Source: Girardia tigrina
Lineage: Eukaryota
Direction of reading: 5' to 3'
Assembly: GCA_001938485.1 (NCBI GenBank)
Contig: MQRK01232013.1
Location: 1-49,374 of the forward strand
Length of the DNA: 49,374 nucleotides
Made by a program: the position numbers and the translations under genes. Positions 25,666-39,257 of this stretch are shown here, in pieces; the stretch's first letter is position 1; each line of letters begins with the position of its first letter. The notes below the pieces were generated by a model. That model did not search any database, was not told where the DNA came from, and saw nothing but the letters and a program-made list of their open reading frames with translations.

Positions 25666-26641
25666 AAAATTTATGTAATTCATTTATAGATTTACTAAAT
25701 GAATTAATACTTTTATTACCGAATTCACCAACTTCTACTTCTCTAAACGGCGGCGGAGCAAGATTTTCGGACTTCTCTAGTCGACTGGTTTAGGATCAAT
25801 CGATTTTTCATCCAAATTTATCATATTTCCTTCTTTGGGCTTCGTATTGTTGATATTGATTTTTTTTGTATTTATGTTAACCCTTTTCATAGTTGAACAC
25901 CTCATCGCGTAGATTCCAGATCAATCAGTTGTTTTGTCATTTTTAAAAGTAATTAAATTTGTTTTACATGAACTCCAGGAACTTCACACAGTCAGAAATC
26001 ATAATTCTATTATAGTATTTAATGCAAACAAAAAATTATTAAGAAATATGAAATGAACAATCAAGCAGAAAAAGTATAAAAACATATTTTAACAAAAAAA
26101 AATTGTTATTAAAATAGAGGAAATTGTTTCCTCTCAACCAGTGAGTTGAATTTGAATATATTCAGAATTGCAATACGAGAGTCGAAAATAGCACAATGAA
26201 ACAATAAATTGCAAAAAAATGAATTTTTGAACAGAAGCATGAGGCAAGTTCTTACTTGGATAATCGGATGGATTTTTTTGTTTGATACAGCGATATATAT
26301 ATATATATATAATAAAAATTCTAAACGACCTGAATTAGTAAACTCAGAAATATAAAATATAAATTTTTAATGTACCATTTGTGAAGTGCTTTCAAAATTT
26401 TAATTACTTAATTATAAAGTGATAGAGTGATGATTGTTTACTTTTGAATTCATTGATGTTTATATTTGAGAATGTAATTAGCAATGTTAAGACGTGCATC
26501 TGAATATCAAATTCATTCTCATAATATGTTATGCATTCAGTATATTGTGTATTCAGTACACTAATACATTAAATATATTTAGATAATGATATAAATGAAC
26601 ATTTTAATAATCTCATAACAAACTTTGAAATAAACGATGTA

Positions 26642-27818
26642 TTAGGGTGAACCAAAAGTCTTTTCGTATTTTTTATTAAAAATTTAAACATAATTTTACA
26701 ACAAATAAAAAACATTTAAGTTTCAAAATAAAGGCCATTTGAATCTATAGCTTGAACCCATCTATGGGCAAGTTGTGCGATCCCACTACGGTACAAATCC
26801 TTGCTCTTAGAAGCGAAGAACTGGTGACACCCGTTTTCGACCTCGGCCAGATTATTGAAGTTGCGACCACGAAGAAAGTGTGCCATACAGCGGAAAAGGT
26901 GGTAGTCGGATGACGCAAGATCCGGACTATACGCTGGGTGTGGAAGAAGTTCAACAGCGTCGAAATTTTTGATTTTTTCCTTTGTTTGTTTGGTGGTGTG
27001 CGGTTTTGCATTGTCCTGTTGTAGAAGAATTCGCTTTCGTTTGATCAGAGCGGGGTATTTCTCGCCAAGTGCCGCATACATTCGGTCCAGTTGGGCGCAG
27101 TAAATGTCAGCGTCGTTGGTACGACCATTTGGAACCAGCTCGAAGTGAATCACACCTTCGAAATTACACCAAACACACAAAAGTGCCTTCCTTAAGAAAC
27201 GATCTCGTTTCGCTACCGATTTCGCCATTTGTCCGGGGTCCAACCATTGATTTTGTTGGTCTGGATTACTGAAGTAAACCCACTTTTCATCGCAAGTTAC
27301 AATTCGACGGATGAAACGNNNNNNNNNNNNNNNNNNNNNNNNNNNNNNNNNNNNNNNNNNNNNNNNNNNNNNNNNNNNNNNNNNNNNNNNNNNNNNNNNN
27401 NNNNNNNNNNNNNNNNNNNNNNNNNNNNNNNNNNNNNNNNNNNNNNNNNNNNNGTGCATTGTCTCCGAGGTCAATGTCGCCTTCGTTGAACCTTTTGAAC
27501 CAATTTTGTGCAGTACGATTTGAGACCACATTATCGCCTTCAACTTCGCATATCTTCTTTGTTGCTGTAGTTCCGTTTAAGCCCTGTTTCCAGTAATGGC
27601 GTAAAAGAACACGAATTTCAAAATTTTCTATGATTTTTCTGAAAGATCATAAAAATTATATTAACGATTAATTAGAAGTTTTAATATATATTGAGATAGA
27701 GCAGTTCAAGAGCTTTAAAAACATATAACACATGTATATAAAATATCTTTATTTGGTAATAAGAAACAACTGAACAAATAGACGTAGAAAATACGAAAAG
27801 ACTTTTGATTCACCCTAA
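26642..27818 (-). mobile_element. Mariner (DD34D) with assembly gap
   Basis: TA flanks, TIRs TTAGGGTGAA(C/T)CAAAAGTCTTTTCGTATTT; TCDEKW, QQDNAKPH and YSPDLASSDYHLF; start codon appears mutated to ATA. Confidence 0.95.
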
Positions 27819-29372
27819 TATTAGAAATTTTTTATCATCGTAATAACATATTTAATATTATTTTTTACTTTAATACAGTATTTATTTTAGTTTCGTAAGT
27901 AGGAGCTGATGTATGTTTTAGCCTTTAAATGGATGCGACTAATACATGGAGATTTTTACACGGAAACAATGTTAACATACTTATGCTTTTTTGCAAGAAC
28001 CCCTTGTTTACGAAACCTCAAAATCTGTACGGTCTATGTTCATGTGTGGTTTTATTAAGCGAAGATACGATAAGTAATTTCAATTGCATAAATTTAGTGT
28101 AAGAGATTAGATAACCGAGTAGAGCATTCCAACTATCCAGTTCAAAATCATATTACAATGAACACAAAAATGTAAGTTCTAAGCGAAACTCTTCAGCAAG
28201 ATTTAATGACAGTTTGTAATAAAAATTAAGAAATAAAAGATGCAAGTTTTTCAGAAAAAGTTTATTGTCCAAAACATGTTTCCCATTAAGGTATCATCAT
28301 TTGTGAAGAGTAGTAACAAATATGTCATAGGCTATTGAGTAATTTATCGATTGTAAAACACTTAGGGGCTGTTCATTTAATACGTAATTCAAAAAATCGG
28401 AATTTTCGATCCCCCATCCCCCATGCCACCAATCGTTAGAATGTCTTGTCAGATGGAGGTTTTATTCAAAACTTCTTCCTACATTTGCGTTGAAAAAATA
28501 TAACAGATTGTAAGGAATGATATTTCAAAACAATATAAATCCTTTGCTGCGTTGTCAACATTCTAAAACGACAATATTAATTATGATTGTGAGAAGTGGT
28601 TGCAACCTCAATATCAGGATTCATTTTTTTAAACACCAAACTTTATTTATATAAAAAATCACATCTTTAAAACAAATTTTCCTGTTAATTTAATTTAATT
28701 ATCTCGACCCAAATTAATCTATTAAATTCTTTTCGTTTTAATTTTTAAAATCCTGAAAATTTATTTCGAAAATTTATTTCAAAAATTATTTAAACTTTAT
28801 TTTCAAAATCAATTTTTAAAATTGCTTATTAAAAATATTTTTATTTATAAATAANNNNNNNNNNNNNNNNNNNNNNNNNNNNNNNNNNNNNNNNNNNNNN
28901 NNNNACATTTTTAATTTTAAGATATTTAATAGATACATTAAAAGATATTTTTTATTTTTAAATAGATATTTTATTTTTTATGATTTTCTTTTATTATATC
29001 ATTTTTAATTTTTCTAAAATATTTAAAAATACATTAAAAAATATTTTATTTTTAAAAACGTTTTTGATTTTTTAATAGTTGTTTTATTTTATCATTTTTA
29101 ATTTTAAAATATTGAATAAGCATATTAACATAAAAATATTTTACCATTTAAATTAAAAAAATAATAAATTATTCAGGCGAGATAAAAATTTAAATTAACC
29201 CCTCATAATGATGAATAAACAAAAATCACTTTATATGCATGTAACAAAAATTCGCATTGTGAGTAATATTTTAACGTTTAACATCAAATCGCAAAGTTGT
29301 TTTGTGTGTTTGTATGTCAATATATAATCATGGAGGGACTTATTGAACATCTTTTTTATAATTAAAACGAAC

Positions 29373-29477
29373 TTTAATTTCAGCCAAATCTTCGTTATTC
29401 GGTCTTCTCGCTCGATCCGTATTTATGGCCCGCGTATTTCTTGTCATTATGTAATGTTTTTTTTCAACAGGATTTGT
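29373..29477 (-). CDS. PIK3C3: Vps34 exon 8 (C2-helical linker)
   Basis: TNPVEKKHYIMTRNTRAINTDRARRPNNEDLAEIK matches the ENLVESKHHKLARS..DLKPN motif; phase 0/0. Confidence 0.9.
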
Positions 29478-29525
29478 CTACACAAATCATAGTTTATACG
29501 TTTTTAGTATTTTGTAATATCTTAC

Positions 29526-29561
29526 ATTTGTCATTGTCCGCGATATATTCATTGGTAAAAT
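29526..29561 (-). CDS. PIK3C3: Probable 36-nt Vps34 exon 7
   Basis: CAG|ILPMNISRTMTN|GTAAG, phase 0/0, 48-nt intron to exon 8; no recognisable motif. Confidence 0.6.
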
Positions 29562-29749
29562 CTGAACCAATAATTTATTTTATAAACAAATTATTAAATT
29601 ATAATAGGTATATGTATCATATGTTGAAGCTTAAGAAACTTCACGGGACCGCAAAAAACACAAAAAAAATTTTAACCAAGGTCCTTTATAAAAAAGTTTC
29701 ATACAGGATTTAATAGGAATAATCGCTTAAATAAAATTCAATCATTTGG

Positions 29750-30420
29750 TCATGTTTTCAGATGTTTTTATGTCAACAGTGTGGACTTCTTCCTATGCAG
29801 GTATTACTTCTTTTACTGATCCATCACTCGAAGCTGATATTGCTTCTGATCCTAATCATTCGTATGAGTGCTACTTCTTGTTATGTAATTTTGGTGACGA
29901 TATAAATACTTGTAACGGTTTGATTTGCATTCATAAGGTGTTAACCGATTCCTTTTCACCACATATAAACGCCAGAAGCCCATTAACATACATATGATAT
30001 CAGAAAACCTTCTGGTTTTCACAGAGACAAAATTTCCCAGTGGCTTTGATTTTAATAAGTGCAGAATCCACTATGACTCACTTAAGATAAATTTTATCTC
30101 CATTTACAACAAAAGTTTGAACTATGCTGTACTTAGTCTCAACAAGTACATTATCATCGGAAGCACAAGTGCTACCAGTTCCCCTGAAATGTACAACAGC
30201 TGGCCCATGAATTTCTTCATCTTAGTCCGTCCAATAGTACATCATGGTTGAAAAGATGCTTCAAAAGTTGAAATAGTATCGAAGCGCAGGGTGTGCTGAG
30301 AATGCAGTGAACCATAATCTAATACATATTTTTACAACGAAAACAACACAATCCTTACTACCGCTTCTTTGTGGTTTGAATATAAATCCTGATGTTAAAA
30401 TAGCACGATATTCAATTACA
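29750..30420 (-). pseudogene. Degraded DNA transposase fragment, hATm-like
   Basis: CVVFVVKICIRLWFTA and KKFMGQLLYISGELVAL resemble the W-F-T-A-P and HLWYLSEELVAL motifs. Confidence 0.45.
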
Positions 30421-30899
30421 ATGAATAACGATAATCATCGTTGCATAAAAATTGGGTGTCTGAAAATTTTTGCCTCATAATTCGTCCCCGTGATGACAAG
30501 TGTTTAATTAATAATGAAAATTACAATAAGTCACAAAATTACAATCAGTACACAAAAACATGGCGAATCCGATAAAATAATAATTATTTGGATTCATTAC
30601 AATACTTTTGTGTTAGGACGCATTAAACTTTGTAATGTTTTTTGTCGCACCTTGTATACACTGTAAAAGTTAAATCATTTTTATATTAATATGACACATT
30701 AAAAATAATAAATAAAATAATAATTAATGCTAGAAATAAAATCAAAATTAATGAGGATTATTTTATAAAATTTATTGATCCACATTAGATTCTTTTAAAT
30801 TAGAAGTTAAGATTAAGAGCAATACCTCTAAGATACTCAATATTATTACGCGTATCATGATCACAAAAAAATTGAGTGAATTAATTTCGAAATTTTTTT

Positions 30900-31392
30900 T
30901 GATATTTTTATTTCTTGTAGTGGAAGGAATTTTGAATTTAGCTAAAAGCGATAATATTGATGTAAACTTTGTTGTTTTATGAGACCTTCGATGAATTTAA
31001 ATATATTTTGGCAAACTGTACCACACAACTCTACGAATCCCTTTACGAAGATCTTCATTTCATTATCGCTGGTATTGATTACACATCTCTATTTCGAGAA
31101 TAGGTGATCTACGCCTAGTGCGCACCTTTTTTTATCAATGTATGTGTTTTGCAAAAATAAAGCTATTGGAAGTACTTCAATAGGGAATTCGTCACAGTAT
31201 AGTTATTCTTCAAAGACATCTAGAACATCAGATGGTAGACTAAATGCAAGACACAGAATCATTTTGATCATTTTCAATCATATCAAAATAAATAAATTTT
31301 TGTGTAAATAATTTTTCTAAATTTTTTGAAAAGAAATACATTTTCTAAAAATTCATGGGGACAAATTTTCCAGAGATAAATTTTCTGGATCC
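30900..31392 (+). mobile_element. Possible Mutator-like remnant
   Basis: YWKYFNREF and RT-like decayed motifs; terminus GGGGACAAATTTTCCAGAGATAAATTTTCTGGATCC. Confidence 0.3.
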
Positions 31393-31469
31393 TTATTAAA
31401 CTTATTGGAGAAGATTGAAAAATGAAAATCAATAAATTAAAAAATCATATTCTTGCAAAAACATACTCC

Positions 31470-31990
31470 AGTGAACCAATACATATGGTTTCTCTTTTGA
31501 ATATTTTCAAGCCATGAGAGTGGTTAGTAATCTGTTTGTTCAATAAATTTCCGACTATAAATATAATAATTAAATTGTTCGATTACATGCATAACAGCGT
31601 AAAGTTCATTTACAATAGCGGACCCCCTTTGTAAGTCTATCAAATTCTTTAATCTGGACGCTAATAGATTTTCCTTCTCATCGTGGACTTCAACTAAAAC
31701 TGCTCCTACTACGTAATTAGATGGATTTGTTTGTATATAAAGGGGCTTCTCATGATCGGTAATTTTCAGTGCAGAAAACGCTGTAATTATTTTCTACAAT
31801 TTTGAAAACCTATTTCTCATCTGCTCAACCATATTAATTTATCAGTCTTATTTTAGCAGATCAGTTAATTGAGCACTGATTTCGGAAATATTTGGTATGT
31901 GACTTCTGTACTAATTAATTAGTCCGAGAAATTCTCTTATTTGTCTTTTAGTTTTGGGTTTTTCAGATTTAATGTTTTCGGAATTTCAAA
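31470..31990 (-). mobile_element. Ty3/Gypsy pol remnant (RT end to RNase H)
   Basis: PKTKRQIREFLGLIN*YRSHIPNISEISAQLTDLLK, QTNPSNYVVGAVL, ELYAVM, RKFIEQTDY*PLSWL. Confidence 0.85.
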
Positions 31991-33006
31991 ATTAAAATCT
32001 TTATTTATAATTTTGTATTACTATTTATATTCAAATGTTCCCCTTTCCTGTCCCAGAGACAGTTTTTCAAATCAAAATCAAATAGCTTATCTTTTTTAAA
32101 ATCTTTAAGGACTCAATTCCATTTTATTTTATTAATTTCGAATGTCACTATCGCTGAATTGTCTTCGCTTGATTGATGTGATATGCATACAATTAAATAT
32201 GTATATAATTATTAAAAATAATTTTTATAATTAAATTAAATTAAATAATAAAAAAAACATTATTATTTTGAATTTAAATCCAATCTGGATTTGAGTATTG
32301 ATCGAGTATGCCGAGTTGAGTATGTCAGAATTTTAGCGACATGTTTTTTACGAATCTGTGTGCCGAATCAACAAAAATTATTGAAATCTAAATGTCAAAC
32401 GACTCGATCTGATTGGTTAGCCAATCAGAGCGAATGGTCAGTTATTTCATTTTTAAATGATTGTTTTGTTGAAATTCTGCTTTTCATTGCTATTTGGTAA
32501 AGTTAAAATAGTTTGCTACTGATTGTTACTTGACAAATTTTCACCATTTCATTGTTTTGTGAGACATATTGTATCAAATATCAAATTATTTAAATTACGA
32601 AATTTCGTTTTCTTTATTATTTTTTATATCCGAATATAGAAAACATCCACTTTTGATTACTGGTCATAACTCTTACCATGAAGAAAACTTAAAGATTTCA
32701 TATGATAGGTTGATACAAGTAGCGGAAAAAATTATTATTATATGTGGAAACATTACGTTTAGGTATAATTGATTGATATATAGTTCATCGAATAGGCACA
32801 AGAAGTTCATCATCAACTTCAGTTGGCTGCCAAATATTTAATTATCGACATGAGAAAATAAAACGAAGTTTCCATTGTTAATAATAATAACAATAGTTAG
32901 TCTTAACGTAATATAATTAAGGAAGAAATCATACATAGATTATATCATATTCAATATTATTTTTTCTTGGTTAGATATTATTTTAAAAATTTCACAATTA
33001 AAATAC

Positions 33007-33186
33007 CTTTCTTGTTAACACAATTGGTAGAGAGATTTGAATATCTCTGGAAAATCTGAATTCGACACTTAGAAAAAGTCTTTTGCTTTTATTTTTCAAG
33101 TCATTAATTCTCTGTTCAACCTTCGATAATGAAACCTTTTCCATCGGTACACTAGGCAATTGACCTCGCAATTTTTTTCTCATAAT
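33007..33186 (-). CDS. PIK3C3: Vps34 exon 6
   Basis: IMRKKLRGQLPSVPMEKVSLSKVE...LFLSVEFR, aligns by eye with the C2 helical hairpin and LMVEFR. Confidence 0.85.
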
Positions 33187-33235
33187 CTACGAAAAGAAAC
33201 TCTTCAATGTTATTTATTGTCACTCGAATTCAAAC

Positions 33236-33386
33236 CTTTTGCAACATGTTTAATTCGGGAATAGATTTCGGTTTGCCGTTAAATTCTGGTATATGAGTCA
33301 CTCTTTCTAAAATTATCGCCAGTGATGTATAAATATTTTCATCCAATGGATGAAGTTCAATTTCGTAAATTCCGCGACGGAAGACA
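33236..33386 (-). CDS. PIK3C3: Vps34 exon 5
   Basis: VFRRGIYEIELHP...ELNMLQK (cf. MFRQGMHDLKVWP); AAG acceptor. Confidence 0.85.
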
Positions 33387-34732
33387 CTTAAAATTTGAAA
33401 TATTTTATGAAAATAATTTATTTATATAATAATTAAGATAATATTGAAGAAAAAGGATGTTTATAAAAGTAATATGACATAACCCTTGCAAATATTTAAA
33501 ATGACAGCTCAAGCGGATTTATTTACGACTAGAATACAATCCCAGTTAAGTATTTTTTTAAAAAGGCTTCAAATTTTCATAAAAAGAGTGCATTTTAATA
33601 TCTACATAATCGTCAGTATCTTTTTCAAAAACCAGCACTGGGAAAATGTAAATTAGATGTACCCAATATGTTCTAATTAGATTCTAAAGGAGCCCACATA
33701 ACATTATTTCTTAAACATTGACTCAACTTAATAAAAAAACTAGTAATATATACGAATTAAACATCAGAAATGACATAGTGTCAAAATACACACATTTTAA
33801 AATTTCTATAATATTAAAATCCTTTATAATTATAAATTTTAAAAACATGAAGAATAAGTAAAATTAAAATCAAGACGACCTTTTTAAAAATTTATTTACG
33901 TAATTAATTTTGGCGGATTGACCAGCCCAATGTTCAAACTAATTTAATATTAGTTTCACAGCTTATTATATAATGAAGTAATGATTGGGCAATCAGAAAT
34001 GCTCTATTTGGAAATATTTAACAGAGAAGCTGAGTGTAATGATTTGATATTAATAAGGTCTCACGTTACTCTTTAAGTAATTTTTAAATCGATTACACAG
34101 CATTTGAAATTTAGTTTCTTCAAATTTCTTTTAAGAAGTTAAATTATGCGCAGCAATATTACTCCCATTATCCAATCTTCTACACTTTAAGATGCGTTTG
34201 CAGAAATGAAGAGAAGTCTCTTAATGCATGTAATGTAATATTTATTACAAGTATGTCGCAATTAAACGAGATCGTAACACAAACTGAAAGGTGTAAGATA
34301 TGTATTACTAAATATTTGGCTCATTGTATAATGAGAAATAATTATTAAATTCATTGTATTTTGAATTACATTTTACAAAATGGATGATTTTTAAGTTTTA
34401 TACCCTCTGAATAAGGAACTTGTAAAATATACCTTGATAATTAAATATTTTATTATATACTGGATAAGCAAACTTTTCAATATTTATTAGTTTATTAATA
34501 TAGTCAACAGTCATGTGATGACGAAAGAGACAAGGATTGATACATTAAATACTATTGCTTATATAATCATTACTTCGCTATATATGTTGTGAAACTTATA
34601 TTAATTTTGTCTGATAGGCAATCCACCGAAATTAATTACAGAGATACATTTTAAAAAATTGCATTTTTATAGCTATTTAACTTTTTATGTAGTAGAATTG
34701 TTTTCTAAAAAAAGACTAATAAAAAGAAAGTT

Positions 34733-35148
34733 AAACAAGTTAATAAAATGTCTAGTGACAATTTAAGCGCAATTTCCTTATGTTATTCGGTGCCCAAATA
34801 TTAAAACGTTTTTTTTGTTTTTTTTTCGGCAATATTGTTCTAAATTATTGCAGGAATCGATTGGTAAATGTTTCAAGTTGCTAAGTGGTCTGGTTGCCGA
34901 GATATAGGCCAAAAACTGCATTTTTTCGAGGTTTTTTGGCTTTTCCGGGAAATCCATGAAGGAATTCCGGGAATTTTTTTGGCCCACAATCATCCTCCGA
35001 ACTTGCTTAACATATTTGCTTTTGGAACTAGCCCTCGATATTGCTTCATTGAGGAGGAGATACGACTTAAAGCTGCGGACACACATCCATCCACACAGAA
35101 ATAACCAATTAATAATCGCAATTGCCAGTATGGAAATTGCGTTAAAAA
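34733..35148 (-). mobile_element. DINE-1/HINE-like family B, copy 2
   Basis: Near-identical reverse complement of 13157-13645 with both subTIRs and CTTGTT end. Confidence 0.75.
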
Positions 35149-36125
35149 GTCATTTTAGTACTTTTGAAAAAATAACAAACATAATTCAATAAATTTTATT
35201 TGAGTCTACCTTAAGAATCAGTAACCACTCCGGATGAAGGAAAAAAATTATTAAACTAAATTTTTAGTAGAGTATACTAAAAACAAAAATTTTTATTGTG
35301 ATTGATTTTTAGTAAAGAGCGATGAAAAGATTTACCAATACTATGTGGATAATTAAACAAAAGAATTTGGTATACAGGATAGCTAGGAAGTAACCTTACC
35401 AAAAATTAATCAAAACTAAAAACAATAGATATATGGGCCATTTATTTTAAAATTGGCCTAAATCTAGTTGTCAATTATTTCCAGTTTGCAGTGGTTACAG
35501 GTAAAACTTCAATGTTATTTATCAAAAAAAGCCTTTCAGGTTCCTTATATTGAAAATAATTTCTTCCCTGTAGATACTTGTAATTATGGACACCAGTTTG
35601 CAGAGTATGTATATTTTCAATTAGATTGAAACAAAAACATTTAAATATCTCAATTTAAGTATAAATGAACTTATGTCACTTTCAAAATAAAGAGATCATA
35701 TAATTAACATTTAAACATGATAATTGTGAACATAAAAATAAAATAAACTAATATAAGTTTTTTAATGACACTTTTCGGTTCCAAGATACTTAGGACATCT
35801 TCAAAATTAAATGTGTAATTATTCTGTATAAATCTTGAGTTATTAATTGCTATAAATGTGGAATTTTATAGCAATATAGTGTTACTTGTACACCCGTTCT
35901 TTTATTACATTTGATATGGAGAAATCTCATTAGTTTAGGTTCTGTCGCAATTCAACTGTTCCTCCTCTACCAATCCACTCTTTAAATTTTATTTTATTAT
36001 TCTGGTTAAGATTAATCTTGAAAGCAAACCTGTAGAATTCTAAAGAGGATAGATTAGTAATATTAGTAATTTCCTTGTACTAATTTATTAGTAATATTAA
36101 TAATTTATTGTTTTATATTGTTATT

Positions 36126-36633
36126 GTTAAGAACAATTAGACATTTTTCATTTGAATTTTTATTATTATCACATTTAGAGTCATTACAAGTCTCTGAAGA
36201 TCGTTCACTGTTTGATATCTCTCTAATTGGTTTTGTTATTTCTATTTTTAATCACGATTATCCGAACTATTTTTCTAAATCTTTTTAAACTATTTAATTT
36301 CTAAAAATATTAATTAAAAATAATAATTTTAACCATTTCTTAATGAAAACTCAAAATAATAAAAATTTTATAAAATTGTTAAAAATGACTTTAATTTAAA
36401 TCTAATTAAATGATTTTCTTTTTTTTAAAAAAATATTAAACTTAATTTTATTTGTTAATTTTAAAAATATACACTCATCAAATTATTATTTTAATTATGT
36501 TCGAATAGTCAATCACTAAATATAAAAAATACCAATTTCCATCTGGGTGGGAGAATCACCATTCTAAGTTCAACATACTCAAATAAATATACAACATCCA
36601 TACATTCACACATTCATTCAATTTAAAATATTC
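36126..36633. repeat. Unclassified ~500-bp dispersed repeat, copy 2
   Basis: Homologous to 16370-16870. Confidence 0.8.
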
Positions 36634-36865
36634 ATCACAGTTATTACAATAAAGGGATAATCAGACAGAATCATACTATTAATAAAATAAAATTACAAAG
36701 TTAGAAATTATCTCAATATTTGTCAATTTATAAACATTTTATGTATTAAACTTAAAAGAAGTTAATCAAATAATAAAAGTATAATACAAAATCATTCATC
36801 ATTTTATTCTCGACAAAAATTATAGTGTACCGTTTTCTATAACAATTATATTGAAATTAAATACT

Positions 36866-38120
36866 TAGGCTGTCCCAAAAGTCCTCAGGTGACCTTTAAA
36901 AACACACTAATATTTTATTAAATTTAACCAAATTTGGACTGAATATTATTCAGACTGTCATAAATACTGTGTTAAAATTTCAAAGCATAAAATTTGAAAC
37001 TTACCAAAAAAATAATATTATTAACCAACAAAATTAGATGCAGCGAATTTAAAAATTTATTTTAAAAATTTCATAAGCAACATATTCACCATTGTTGTCA
37101 ATAACCAACTGACAATAGTTAAAAAGTTTATCTAGTTGATTTTTTAATGTTTCTGTTGATAAAGAATTAAAAAAGAATTTACAAGCTTCTTCAATTTCTT
37201 CATGTGATTTGAAAACATGATTTTTACAACTTTTCTTCATTTTTGAAAACAAGAATCTGTCACACAGATTAAAATCTGGACTATAGGGCGATTGATAAAT
37301 TTTTTCAATTTTTCTTCTTTCAAAAAAGAGTTGTTTCTTTGCTAGAATGAGGTCTTGCATTATCATGCCACCACTTAAGTTCATTTAGCTTGATGCTGTT
37401 AGATCTAAGTTTCCCCCATTTTTCACCGGTGTCATGAACAAAGTTCACATACGCCTCGGAATCAATCTTGGTACCATATAGCAGTGCCTTTACACTAAAA
37501 CGTTTGTTGCAGGTAAAGGTTACGAAAACAAGAGATTTTTTATCAGTCATTGACGATGGCTTTATCACTTTTGGTGAACAGCATTAGAATGAATCCAAAC
37601 TTTGTGATCTTCTTTCTTTCCTCTACCTTGGAAAAAGACCCATGTCTCATCCTCGATCGCTATGTTGGAATATGCTTCATCACCCATCTGTGAAATTACA
37701 TAGTGTATATGCTTTGCAGTGTTAATGCGTTGTTGTTTATTAGCAGCAGAAAGTTCGTGAGGGACCCAAACAGAGCAAACATTTTTGTAATGAAGTTTTT
37801 TACGCAAAATTTTGTGGACTGTATTTTTGCCTAAAGAAATAAAGAACGCAAAGACGCATTTGGAGCTTCATCAATCACTTTTTGACTGCTTTAATCTTTT
37901 TATCGTCTATTAATGACGGCCCGCCACTTCTTGATGAATCGTCGAAGGACGTCCGCTTTTCTTTATTTTTAAAATCAGTCAACCATTGTTGAATAGTTTT
38001 CAGTGCTGAGTGATTTGCGTCTTCCCATGCCTGCTGAAGTTGCTGAAGAATTTCTGAAGCAGAGAATCATCTTTTACTTTGAGTTAGAACAAAAAAACGT
38101 TGTTAGACATAAATAGACAT
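36866..38120 (-). mobile_element. Mariner-like transposase pseudogene, one TIR only
   Basis: WVPHEL, EDETW, WHDNARPH and QSPYSPDFNLCDRFLF over three frames; partner TIR not found. Confidence 0.85.
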
Positions 38121-38169
38121 AATTTATCTCTAATAGACATAATAAATAAATATCCCTATTTATGTCCCT

Positions 38170-38680
38170 TCTTACAGCCCTGAAAGGGACATCTGAGCTC
38201 TCTACTTGTAGTTAGATTTGGAATCCTAAAAGTCAGATGTGTTTCTTCAGTACTTATTGCTTCCTCCACCGCCGTCGAGATAGTCAGTCACGAATTGAAT
38301 CTGGTTGCCTGGGATGTTGAGGTTTTCTACGACTCTTTCTTATGTGTTATTTGTTGTACTTGTTTGTGCTGGTGTCATTGTCGGTTCTCCAGTTTCTTCT
38401 GTCTCCTCCAATTTAAGATCCCGGTTTTCTATGACTTTTGACATAGTGTACATGGGAATGGTAATTGCTGTTGTTGTGTCTCGTTGGGCTGATCAGGATT
38501 AGCGGAAGCGGACACCGCATGGTCCCTTTTGATGTGTCTGTTTAACTTCTTCTTTTCAGCCAATTCCTTGTAGCATCTTTCTACTGGACATTGGTGACGT
38601 TTTCTCTCTCGTTGATCGGCTTCGGCACAGTTTTTCTTGTCCTATTGAGTCTTCCTGATCGAATTAAGGAGTTTATGTAC
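38170..38680 (-). mobile_element. Possible RTE-like LINE linker fragment
   Basis: Higher GC, purine-rich minus strand, decayed coding-like segment truncating the mariner. Confidence 0.35.
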
Positions 38681-39257
38681 ACAAGATTATCTTTTACTAA
38701 ATTTTCAGTTTTGAATTTCACTATAATATAATTTCTTATTTTTGATGTTACGAACACTATCTTAACATGGATATTTTAATAAATATTATTCTTAAATCTT
38801 CTGAAACATTTTGAATAAGGATTTTTTATAATTTCAGCGCGTACCCCTTCACCCTCCTTGGTCTTGTTAAAGTGGATTCAATGTAGCATCAATTTTATAT
38901 TTCTTTTTTATTTGTTTATTCGGGTGAATATTAATATGTAAACTTTGTATGAAACGCAAAGTCCGTCGCATGTACTTGCAAAGACTGAAGAAAGATTAAA
39001 TATTCTATAAATTAAACATTTGATCATAATATCGTTGTATCTCTTCTCACAGTAAATTTTTATGTTGTATAAAGTCATGTATCTGTTACCTTTCCGTACC
39101 AATCTGTTTCATTTTTACAATTTATTCATTATATATAATAAATATTAAAAATAATTAATAATAAATAAAATAATATTCTTAATATTATCCAATAAAATTA
39201 TAAGTATATCAATGAGTAAACGAAAATCATTAAATGAGTTTTAAATTTTTTTCTCAC

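Noticed and set aside
26110-26190. Minus-strand NSLVERKQ resembling the ENLVESKH motif
   Set aside because: In-frame stop with no donor; better match found at 29373-29477.
28365-28430. Harbinger-like terminus GGGGCTGTTCATTTAATACG after TTA
   Set aside because: No convincing partner TIR located, so the extent cannot be defined.
31466-31555. AG/GT-bounded segment as a Vps34 exon
   Set aside because: It translates as Gypsy RNase H in another frame; the real linker exon is at 29373-29477.
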